DNA of 63,108 nt, counting the filler, from Reclinomonas americana ATCC 50394 (lineage: Eukaryota), in the NCBI GenBank assembly GCA_048213135.1. It is 19 parts of 19 records of this genome, joined end to end, with 100 filler letters (N's around TTAATTAATTAA, not from the genome) between each part and the next. Parts side by side here need not be neighbours in the genome. Positions count along the whole stretch, not along the records: positions 1 to 16,660 come from AFZH01020106.1; 18 more parts are not named here. The stretch is one strand, 5' to 3'. Below are positions 1-10,073 of this stretch, in pieces. How positions within the stretch are numbered: position 1 is the first letter of the stretch; each line of letters opens with the position of its first letter. A model generated the notes under the pieces. It saw nothing but the letters and a program-made list of their open reading frames with translations. It was not told the DNA's origin and ran no database searches. The position numbers and the translations under genes are program-made.

Positions 1-84
1 GGGTTACGGTACGGTAGAAGTAACGTACCGACCGAACTAACGTAACGTAGTCGACAACGACGACGAGGTAGAGTGTAGTAGTAC

Positions 85-91
85 TCTCTCT

Positions 92-139
<48 letters not shown>

Positions 140-185
140 CCTCCACTCCCCTCCTCTCTCTCTCTCCCTCAACCTCTCTCTCTCC
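85..185. repeat. (CT)n microsatellite inside an intron at the contig end
   Basis: Long CT dinucleotide run; the ~84 bases before it look like out-of-phase read noise. Confidence 0.9.
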
Positions 186-208
186 TGCGCATTGAGCAAC
201 ATACAGAC

Positions 209-3200
209 CTTGTAGCGACCGACGATATCGCAGAAACCATCCTTGTCGATCACTGCAGCATCACCCGTGTGCATGAATCCGTCGGCGTCAATGCTCTCCG
301 CCGTCTTCTTTGGGTTGCGCCAGTAGTCGCGCATCACCAAGTAACTGGTGTGTGGGAGTGAGTTGTTGAAGAGTGATACGATAAGAAACAATCACAGACA
401 GACCCCTTGGTGCAGAGCTCGCCCGGCGTTCCCACAGGCACCACGTTGCCCTCCAGGTCGATCACCTTGCACTACAGTGCATGTGTGAGGCATGGTATCA
501 CGAACTCTGGGTGCAGAGAGCGCGACACAGACCTCGACAGTCGGGTGAATGGTGCCGATGGTGGTCGTGCGCTTCTCGAACGTGTCGGTCGGATCGGTCT
601 GCCAGCTCACCGGGCTGTGCATTCAATAGTGAGAATGAGTCGAGAGGCATACTCGCTCAGCACTACTGACCTCGTCTCCGTCATGCCGTAGGCATTGGTG
701 CTGTGTGCAAAGGCGGTGAGTGGATAGATCTCAGCAGAATGGCGGAGGGGAAGCATCGATGCGCAACAGCTCGGTCAGGTTGAGCTCCGCAATGCAGCGC
801 TTCATGACAGGCGGCGGGCAGAGGCTGCCAGCTGCGCGACGAATTCGTGAGCGAGGCTTCAAAGAGAAGTGAGCGAGGCATGACGAACCAACGATTCCCG
901 TCCGCAGGCACGACACGTCGGTGTTCTTGAGGTCGGGGTGGTTGAGCACTGCGAAGGAGCAGGTCAGATACTCCAGAAATTACTTTCAAGCACACACAGG
1001 TTGCTCCTCACCAGCGAGGAACATGGTCGGCACTGTGTGAATACCCATTGACGAATGAGTGAAGCGACACAACGGGATGAGAAGTCACGCAGACGCACCT
1101 CCATGCAGCGCAGTGATGCGCTCCTCGCGAATCGCGCGGAGAACCGCACCAGGGTCAAAGCCGTCCGACGGGTACACCATGCACGTGCCGTGAGTGAGGG
1201 CGGCCAGGTTGCCGAGCACCAGGCCGAAGCAGTGGTAGAGCGGCACCGGGATGCAGAGCTTGTCCTTCGGGGTGAGGCGCATGACCTCGCCCACGAGGTA
1301 GCTGTGCGCAAAGGAAAGGAGATGAGGAAGAGGGGGGCAAAGGGAGAGGAAAGAGAGGGGGACGACGAGAAGAGAATGAGAAGGGAGAGACAAATCAAAG
1401 AGAAAGGAGATAAGAACACGAAAAAGAATAAGAAGGAAAGAAAGAGGATGATGAGCGACGTGGAGACGAGGTAGAAGGGGGAGGGAGAGGAGGAGAGGGG
1501 AAAGAAAACGAAGAAAAAAAGATACGGTAAAGGAAGGAAAATAGAAGAGGTATGGTTGTGCTGGCAGTAAAGAGGTGATTGGATGGCGCAGACGACAAGG
1601 AGGAGGGGGAAAGAGGTGGCGAAGAGGTGGAGGAACGTGATACAACAGGAAATCAAGAGAGCAGGAATCATGAGCCGTGAATAACACAGCAGTTGCACAC
1701 TGTTTTCGCGATTGCATGGAAGAGACAGGGGAAGGAGAACAGGCAACACAAGCCGTGAAAAAGGAATAGCACAGCTGTTGCACACAGTTTCCAATTTCCT
1801 TACAAGAAAGGAGACGGAAAAGGCGATTGAGAATGGAAGAGAGAGGGAAAGGAGAGGAGAGGAAGGCGATGGGAAAGGAGACAGAATGCAGAACGGAATG
1901 AGAAAGGCAAGAGAACTATTGCGGACAAACAACAATGACTAGAGATGCTCTCTTTGCCCTTCCCCACTGTACCCTCCCTACCCCTTCCCCACTCTTCCTC
2001 TTTCCCTCCTCCCTATCCCACACACCCATTGTTGAGAATTCCATAGTGCGTCAGAGTGGCCGCCTTGGGGTCGCCGGTGGTTCCCGAGGTGAATTGCAGC
2101 GACACGGGATCGTCCTTGTTCAACGATTTTTGCACATTCTGCACCTCCTGACGGGAGCGCGAGTTGTTGGAGTACACGTCGTTGAAGTGCTCGTAGCCGG
2201 GGACCTGCGGGTGCATGTCAACATAGGTGGCGACAAATCATTAATCTCGCTCGTCGCAACGTCGTGCGGGTGATTGTTGAGCGGTGAGTCGTAGATGAAG
2301 AGACGGCGCAGATCGGGCAGCTTCTTGAGCTGCAGATCCTGACCAGACTTGACTGCGCACCAACGGTGAGCAGTGAGTGAGACGTGGGGTAATGGCGACA
2401 GGCACGCAACATTGGGCAATCTCCGGGGCCAGCTCGCTCATGATCTTCATGTAGTGGCTGGACTTGAAGCGCTCGACAAGCACCAGGCCCTTGCAGCCGG
2501 TGAGGTTGAGGGCGAACCTGCAGTCACGTGAGATGAAAATCGCGAGGCAGGAAAGCAAGCTGAACAAGGCGCCGCAACTCCAGCTCGTGTGACCTGTACG
2601 CGGGATTGATGTGCACGAGGAGGATGCCGAGCTTGGAGGTGGCGATCTGCGCGACCACCTGCAAGATACCGCGAGATTCAGTACGAGAGAGGGAGGAGGA
2701 GAAGGGGTGAGGGACAAACCCATCCGGCATTGTTGGGCATCCACACGCCGAGACGATCGCCCTTCTTGAAGCCGCGCTCGATGAGACCGGCGGCGAAGCG
2801 CTCCGCGCGATCCTACAAGGCGAACGAAAGATGAGCGGGTGAGAGGGGGATAAGAGCGCGCTCGTGAGTGATGGATGTACCTTGAGCTCGTTCCATCCCC
2901 ACTTCACGTCCTCGTGCAGAACGCGGAGCACGGTCTGGTCGCCGAGGCGCTTGGTCTGTGGGCGGAGACAGAGGTGAGAAAGACAGTGAATCGAAGAGAG
3001 AATGCAAGAAAGCGAGCAAAGGACACGACTGGGGTTGACAGAGAACAGTGTCCACCAGAGAGAGAGAGAGAGAGCAAGAGCAGGAGAGTGTGAGAGATTG
3101 AGAATGAAAATGCAGTAACGTGACAGACACCGAACCCGACTGAGAAGAAGATAGACTCGCGACAGCAACTGCAGTGCAGACAATGCACACACACAAGAGA

Positions 3201-3627
3201 GAGAGAGAGCGAGTGAGTGAAGAGAGACAACGAAACAGTGAGAGGCGGGAAAACACACAAGGACGACTGATACGATCACGCAATCACGGAATAACTCGTA
3301 TCACACAAAACACTCTCTCCCTCTCTCTTCTCCTTTCTCACAGTCTCTCTCACACACTCTCACCTGCATATCAAAATGATCACCAATCGTCTCCTGCAAC
3401 AGTGGCATCTCCTTCCCGCGCACATGCGCCAGCTGCGGGCCTTGCACCCAGTCAAACCGCTGCGCAGGTGCCACTCCCACCACTGCTGCAGAGGAGGAAG
3501 AGGAGGAGGAGGAGGAGGAGAGTGCGCGTGGAGTTGCTCCCAAAGAGGAAGAGGAGGAACAGAGGAGGCGCTGCATGACGCGGTGAGGCGCGTGCGAGGT
3601 GCGGCTGGTCACCGCTCCCAGCAGCAT
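209..3627 (-). CDS. Multi-exon acyl-CoA synthetase (AMP-binding, ACSF2-like), 3' end missing
   Basis: Exons joined at GT..AG sites (3627-3364, 2955-2881, 2812-2720, 2658-2579, 2517-...) give GFKKGDRLGVWMPNN, INPAYR, the AMP-binding motif SLQFTSGTTGDPKAATLTH, PVPLYHCFG, AYGMTETS, GELCTKGYLVMRDYW and GFMHTGD. The Arg/Ser-rich N-terminus resembles a mitochondrial presequence. Confidence 0.9.
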
Positions 3628-3778
3628 CGTGAGTGGTGAGTGAGAAGAGGACTGTGGGACGCATTTCATTGGTGTCTTTTCCGTTTTGTTGCTGTTTCTG
3701 TGTTGCTTGTGTTGTACTGTTGGTGGAAGGCAATGTGGCTGACTTGCCTCTCTCTCTCTCTCGCGATCGTCTTTCAGG

Positions 3779-4280
3779 GCGTCGAATGGAACGATCGAGC
3801 GACTTCGAATTCATGCAAACCCTTGGCAAACGCGATGCTTCGCTAAGCGCGGCTCTGCTGCAACTGCGACATATAGTAACAGCGTGCAGTGTGCCTCTCA
3901 CCCTCACTATTTGTCTCTCAGCTTTGCTTGGCGGCGACTGAAACGATCGCGATCGAACGACTTCGAATTTATGCAACCCCTTGCAAGCGTGGCCTCATTT
4001 TGCGTGGATCTGCTGCATCTGTGACATCTACAGTAGCAACGTGTAGTGTCTTCGTCACATCTCACTGTGCTGTGCAAAGCGTCGAACGGAACGATCGCGA
4101 TATCGATCGCGACTTCGATTACAAGCAAAATCATTCGCACAGGCGATGCATCGTTCAGCTTGCCTCTGCTGCATCTGCGACAAACTATAGTAGTAACGTG
4201 TAGTGTCTCACTCACCTTTCTCTCTCTCTCTCTGGTGTACAAAGCGTCGAATAGAACGATCGCGACTTCGATTACAGGCA
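3779..4280. repeat. Degenerate tandem repeat, ~145-165 bp unit, ~3.3 copies, upstream of the acyl-CoA synthetase
   Basis: Recurring block GCGTCGAA..GAACGATCG..GACTTCGA..TCTGCTGCA.CTG.GACA..TAGTA..GTG.AGTGT starting near 3779, 3933, 4079 and 4244. Confidence 0.75.
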
Positions 4281-4668
4281 ACTAACGAAAACAGACCACT
4301 CTGTTCAGCACCGCGTCCCTGGCAACCAAGGTGGCGGCAGCTTGAACTTTCTGTCTCTCCCTCACCCCTCCCTCCCTCGCACTCACCCATTCACCCTCAG
4401 ATGAATTCTTCCTGTCACGCTCCATGCAACAACAACGCTGTCTCGTTTCGGAAAAATATGCACCTCTTCCGCAGCAAGTCTGTCTCTGTTCTCTCTCTGT
4501 CCGACTCTCCATGCGACAGTGCAGACAACTCGCTGCAGTACAGATTCGGCTCCGAATATCAACGGCCGCAGCGCGACTCTCCTTCTCCTCCTCCTTCTCC
4601 TTTGCCTCCCCCTTCCCCATTTCCCCTCCTTCCCTTGTACAAACCCTTTACCTCAACTTCCCCTTCCA

Positions 4669-5802
4669 CTACACAGTTCCACTTAAAAAATCCGCTCGAA
4701 TCGCCATCGACAACGCCACCTGCGCCTCCTCCACCATGAAGCACCGCATCACGATCTCCACCAAACAATGCTCCATCTCCTCCTCCTCCTCCATGACCTC
4801 CCGCACCGCCTCCACCGCCTTCTCCGCCGCCTGCACCTCGCTCCACGCCCACTCCTGCCGCAACGACCTCACTCGCGGCACCGCCTTGCGATCAAAGCCG
4901 ACCACAAACCGCCCGCACGGCGTCACCTCCAGCGCCTCCACCGCGCCCGTCATGCCACTCAAAAACGACACCGTCTTGCCACTGCCCAGCAGCCACACGA
5001 GCACGAGAGCATGCTCGTCGCCACTGACGACATAGCGCCCACACGCGGTCACCGCCACGGCCGTCACTGCGCTCTCCTCGTGCCCGCGAAAGGTGAGCAG
5101 ACTGCGCCCGCTCTTGACGGACCACACGCGCACAGTTCCATCGGGCAAGCCCGTCACGACACACCGCGCACGCGGAGTCAGTGCCACCGAGGTCACCCCA
5201 CGCGTAGGCACAGTCAGCGTGCACACAAACGATCCACTCGGCACTGACAAGACGACCACGCGATTGTCGCGCGGGGACGAGAGGCACATGAGCTGCAGCT
5301 CACGAGACATGCAGACTGCGCGGGGTGCATGCAGTGGGCTCTCTGTGTATCGCACTGGCTCGCCTGTGCGCAGCGAGTGCACTGTGCGGCCGACGAGCAT
5401 CTCCTGTGCAGAGAGAACGGCCAAGGCCGGGCAGGCGAGTGCAGTCGCACAGGGGATGCTGCGAGCAAGTAACGGCGTGTTGCCCTCTGCAAAGGGCATC
5501 CACTTGCGCAGAAAGCCCTCGGAGCTGGTGGCCACGAGGACCAGCTCGCCGCAGGGAGAGGGCGCGAGGGCGATCACTGAGGAGTAGCACTGCGCGCAGC
5601 GGAGTTGTATGGAGGAGAGCACAGTGGCGGAGGGGATGGAGTGGAGGCGCAGAGTGAGGTCCCAGTCGGCAGTCACAAAGTGGCGCCCGTCGGCGGTCAA
5701 GGCGAACGCGGTCATTGATGCAGAGAGGGGAAGAGTCCTTGATGGGAGGACAAGATGATTTAATATAATGTGTACTCTGACGGCTTCTCCTTGCCTCTTC
5801 AT
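4669..5802 (-). CDS. WD40-repeat protein, apparently intronless (start at 5802 or 5715)
   Basis: Uninterrupted ORF with WD-type blades: ALTADGRHFVTADWDLTLRLH, VVTGLPDGTVRVWSV, TFRGHEESAVTAVAVTACGRYVVSGD..VLVW. Confidence 0.8.
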   Translation of the reverse strand: MKRQGEAVRVHIILNHLVLPSRTLPLSASMTAFALTADGRHFVTADWDLTLRLHSIPSATVLSSIQLRCAQCYSSVIALAPSPCGELVLVATSSEGFLRKWMPFAEGNTPLLARSIPCATALACPALAVLSAQEMLVGRTVHSLRTGEPVRYTESPLHAPRAVCMSRELQLMCLSSPRDNRVVVLSVPSGSFVCTLTVPTRGVTSVALTPRARCVVTGLPDGTVRVWSVKSGRSLLTFRGHEESAVTAVAVTACGRYVVSGDEHALVLVWLLGSGKTVSFLSGMTGAVEALEVTPCGRFVVGFDRKAVPRVRSLRQEWAWSEVQAAEKAVEAVREVMEEEEEMEHCLVEIVMRCFMVEEAQVALSMAIRADFLSGTV

Positions 5803-5943
5803 CGCTCGTTGTGCATCTTTACATCTACAAAGTGGCACCCGTCGACGGTCGAGGCAAATGCGGTCATTACAAGAAGAGAAGAGAAGACTGCTGCTGGGAG
5901 GACAAGATCATTTAATACAAATGTGCACTCCGGCCGTTGCTCC
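5675..5943. repeat. Diverged 152-bp direct duplication over the 5' end of the WD40 gene
   Basis: ACAAAGTGGC(G/A)CCCGTCG(G/A)CGGTC..GCGGTCATT..GGGAGGACAAGAT(G/C)ATTTAATA..AATGTG(T/C)ACTC occurs at 5675 and again at 5827. Confidence 0.85.
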
Positions 5944-5969
5944 TCTGTTCGCTGTTCGCTGCTCGTCTT

Positions 5970-7070
5970 TTACACCTTGCCAGTGTCGTCAAACTCGTGC
6001 TTGTCATCGGCACGCGTGTATCGCGCCTTGAAGCAAATGGAGAGGATGACGATGAAAATGTACAGTGCGCCCGTGGCCAAGATGATGGTGTGCAGCACGG
6101 CGCAAGCGGTGGCCAGCTGCGGCAGGTGCTCCATGGCGGCGAGGTTCTTGATCTGCACCACCAGCGACGTCTGCAGGATGAGGTCAAAGACGGCGGCGAA
6201 GGGCTGCAGCCAGGCCATGACATCGCCGACGCGCTCCATCCAGCCCGTGGTGCGGTTGGCGCCCCAGCAGCAGCCAATGGTGAGGGTGGTGGAGTACATG
6301 ACGAAGAAGGCAAAGTGGATGCCGGAGGAGAAGCCGGCGAGGATGAGTTGGTTGACGCTCCAGGAGAGGATGACCTGCGGGCGAGGGTGAGCACAGGGAG
6401 AAGGGGGAGGGGAGGGGGGAGGGATGGGAGAGACCTGGTTGGTCTTGTCGACAGTGCCGGCGTATTCGAGGGTGGAGTAGCCGGCGGCGACCTGCAAGTG
6501 GAAGGGAGAGAGGGAAAAGAGGTAAGGAGAGAGCGAGGCGAGAAAGACAGAAACTCTGGCAGACGCACCTCCTTGCCCGTCACCGGGTCAGTGGACTTGA
6601 GTTGCGAGTCGATTACCAAGATCTGCGGCGTGAAGGAGTCAGCTAAGAACCCAGTGCGGAGAGTGAGTGAACGGCCGAAACTCCAATGAGGAAGCCGATG
6701 CTGTGTGGGGGATGTGTGAAAAATGAGTCGGCTGGGCGGTGGGCAGGGAGAGGCAAGCGGGAAACGCAACGCGAGACCGGCGAGGAGGATGATCTTGGGC
6801 CACTGTAATGTGCGAGGGTCAGAGCGGGGAAGAGGCGGAGAGAGATGAAAGGAAGGAGGAAAGAAGCGAGGATAGCACGGGAGAGGGAATAGCACGAGAG
6901 GGTTGCAAGAAAGGCAGAAGGAGGCACATGCGGAGAAAAGTTGGCACATGGGACACACAGAGAGACGGAGAAAGGAGAGTGAGAGTAAGGAGAGGCAAGA
7001 ACACAAGGGAGGAGTGGCGTGAGGCAAGGAACAACGCAGGAAAGCAGAGAGAGAAGAGCACGAAAGTTCG

Positions 7071-7104
<34 letters not shown>

Positions 7105-7496
7105 AGGTAAGACAAGAGGCACGTAGGGAGACGAACGAGGGCAGAGAGAAAAGGAATGAAGGAAGAAAATGCATGAAAGAGAAACAGAGAAAAGCACGAA
7201 GATTGAAGATGGGAGAGAGAAGGCTAAGGGATGCCAACGGGCACGCGAGAGTAGGAAACGGAAGCAGAGAGACAAGGGGAAGAACAAAGGAGGAACAATG
7301 CAAGCATGAATGCATAAGAAAGAGAAATAACCAAGGAGAGCACGAGGATTGGAGACGGGAGGGAGAGAGAGAGAGAGAAAAGAGAAGAGACTGTAGGTAC
7401 GCGAGGGGAGGAAGCGAGAGCACAAAGACGAGGAAAGAGCAAAAGGAAAACAAGAATGCAAGAATGACACATCAGAAAAACAAAGAGAATAGAGTG

Positions 7497-7532
<36 letters not shown>

Positions 7533-8019
7533 TAAACCTTAAAAGTGACAGGGGGCACGCAAACAGAGGAAACAAGAGAAGAGACACACAGGGAGAGAAC
7601 AAGAGAACACAGGAGGGAAAAAGGTTGAACAATGCATGCAGAAATGACACATTAGATAATCAGAGAGAAGAGAGAGAGAGAGCGTGAGAGAGAGAGACAG
7701 TACCCGAGACAGGAGGCGCACAAGGAGAGCAACCAGAGACAGAGAGAGACAAGAGAGGGGAACAAAAAAAGGGAGAGAATGCACTGTCTTTTCGCAACTG
7801 TCACCTTTTTCTCACCCATTCTCCTCCCTCACTCCCCCTTCCTCCCACCCTCTCCCTCACCATATAGTACTTGCACCAGGGGCGAAACGGATGCGGAAAG
7901 AAGAAGCCGCGCTCAGCCGCATGTTGTCGTCGATGCGCTCCTGGGCTCATCGGCGAGCCCTGAGTGCCACCAGAAGGTGCCGCGAGATATGCAGTCAGTT
8001 CGCCTCCTCCTCCGCTCAT
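5970..8019 (-). CDS. Multi-exon hypothetical membrane protein (about 4 hydrophobic segments)
   Basis: Splicing exon 1 (8019-7861) across a 1058-bp intron to 6802 and then short exons gives a continuous frame: MSGGGGELTAY..FRPWCKYYM|WPKIILLAGLA|IGFLIG|ILVIDSQLKSTDPVTGKE|VAAGYSTLEYAGTVDKTNQ|VILSWSVNQLILAG..DDTGKV*. Confidence 0.7.
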
Positions 8020-9724
8020 GGTCGATCAAGTGAAGGGTGAGAAGAAGAAGAAGAACAGAGGGAATTTTCTTCGGAGAAACTCTTCTCACGTGCACGTGTA
8101 CGGTTTTCTCACGATCGGGGTCGAGCTCCGATGCAGACTGCAGTTGCGGATATGATACTGAGTGGTGAGAAGCTTGCGAGAGAGGCTCTACAACAGAGCT
8201 GCGTGTGTCATGCGTTTGCAACTGACCAGTATTGCGAGATATCGATCGATCGTGATCGCGCGCTGAATGCGAGCTGACCACTCGCTGCTTCGACAACTAT
8301 AGCTGCATGAAGGCGGCGGGCATGGATCGCACCAGCAGACTTCGAATTCAACCCGTTTGACAACAGGAAAGCGCACTTTTGCAGCTTATGCATCTGCCGC
8401 CTTTTGCCGATGCGCTCCCGGGCTCATCGGCGAGCCCTGAGTGCCACCAGAAGGTGCCGCGAGATATGCAGTCAGTTCGCCTCCTCCTCCGCTCATGGTC
8501 GATCAAGTGAAGGGTGAGAAGAGGAAGAAGAACAGAGGGAATGTGTTCTTCTCACGTGTACGGTTTTCTCACGATCGGGGTCGAGCTCCGATGCAGACTG
8601 CAGTTGCCGATTTGATGCAAAGTGGTGACAAGGTTGTAAGGTTTGCTGGGGGAGAGAGGCTACAGCACAGCTGCGTGCGTCATGCGTTTGCAACTGACCA
8701 GTATTGCAAGATATCGATCGATCGCGCGCTGAATGCGCGCGAGCTGACCACTCGCTGCTTCGACAACTATAGCTGCATGAAGGCGGCGGGCATGGATAGC
8801 ACCAGCAGACTTCGAATTAAACACGTTTGACAACAGGAAAGCGCACTATTGCAGCTTATGCATCTGCCGCCTTTTGCCGATGCGCTCCCGGGCTCATAGG
8901 CGAGCCCTGAGTGCCACCAGAAGGTGCCGCGAGATATGCAGTCAGTTCACCTCCTCCTCCGCTCATGGTCGATCAAGTGAAGGGTGAGAAGAAGAAGAAG
9001 AAAAGAGGGAATTTTCTTCGGAGAAACGCTTCTCATGTGTACGGTTTTCTCACGATCGGGGTCGAGCTCCGATGCAGACTGCAGTTGCGGATATGATAGT
9101 GAGTGGTGAGAAGGTTGTGGGGGTTGCTGGGAGAGAGAGGCTTCAACACAGCTGCGTGTGCCATCGCGTTTGCAACTGACCAGTATTGCGAGATATCGAT
9201 CGCTGCGATCGTGATCGCGCGCTGAATGCGAGCTGACCACTCGCTACTTCGACAACTATAGCTGCATGAAGGCGGCGGGCATGGATAGCACCAGCAGACT
9301 TCGAATTAAACACGTTTGACAACAGGAAAGCGCACTATTGCAGCTAATGCATCTGCCGCCTTTTGCCGATGCGCTCCCGGCCTCATCGGCGAGCCCTGAG
9401 TGCCACCAGAAGGTGCCGCGAGATACGCAGTCAGTTCACCTCCTCCTCCGCTCATGGTCGATCAAGTGAAGGGTGAGAAGAAGACGAGGAAAAGCGGGAA
9501 TTTTCTTCGGAGAAACTCTTCTCACGTGTACGGTTTTCTCACGATCGGGGTCGAGCTCCGATGCAGACTGCAGTTGCGGATATGATAGTGAGTGGTGAGA
9601 AGCTTGCGAGAGAGAGGCTCTACAACAAAGCTGCGTGCGTCATGCGTTTGCAACTGACCAGTATTGCAAGATATCGATCGATCGCGATCGCTGACTGCGA
9701 GCGCTAGCTGACCACTCGCTGCTC
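7931..9724. repeat. Tandem repeat, 470-489 bp unit, ~3.75 highly similar copies
   Basis: Units start at CGATGCGCTC at 7931, 8408, 8878 and 9367. The ORF track shows the same antisense peptide (MPPEGAARYAV...) four times. Confidence 0.97.
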
Positions 9725-10073
9725 CCAGCCTCTAACCAGTGATCGGATTGGACCGGAAGACTTCAGCCCTTCGATTGCTGCAACGCATATCGTGATATCT
9801 ATCGACTGTGTGACACAAGCTCCTCTCGACAGTTGGACGCGGCGGTAAGTTCACGACGGAAGTGTGCGCATCTCTGGCTTGCCTCGCTTCATCGATAACA
9901 AGCACCACACGACGATGACACGTCACCACTTCGAGCAGCTGCAAGTCGCTTTCCTTTGACAGAGTCACTGCGTGCGATCATCTCTTCCTTTTTCTCAATA
10001 CCTACACAATTACACTCATTACTTCACCTCTCCTCTCCTCTCCTTCCCCCCCCCCCCCCCCCCCGCCTCCCCA

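Noticed and set aside
1..84. Possible telomere (starts GGGTTA) or short repeat array
   Set aside because: Only one hexamer. The rest is TACG-cycling sequence typical of out-of-phase flow-sequencing noise beyond a microsatellite.
5912..7650. Long Leu/Ser/Phe-rich ORFs (513 aa and 335 aa; similar ones at 964-1935, 12954-13895 and 57514-58851)
   Set aside because: Translations of CT/GA-microsatellite introns that lack stop codons by composition.
7931..9724. Repeat as CRISPR array, rDNA/5S, tRNA or spliced-leader array
   Set aside because: No repeat-spacer structure and no recognisable RNA gene motifs. It is better explained as a duplicated gene 5' region, though an Rfam scan has not been run.
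10046..10064. C19 homopolymer just past a stop codon (possible G-quadruplex in the 3' UTR)
   Set aside because: Homopolymer length is unreliable in this data type and nothing else supports a function.
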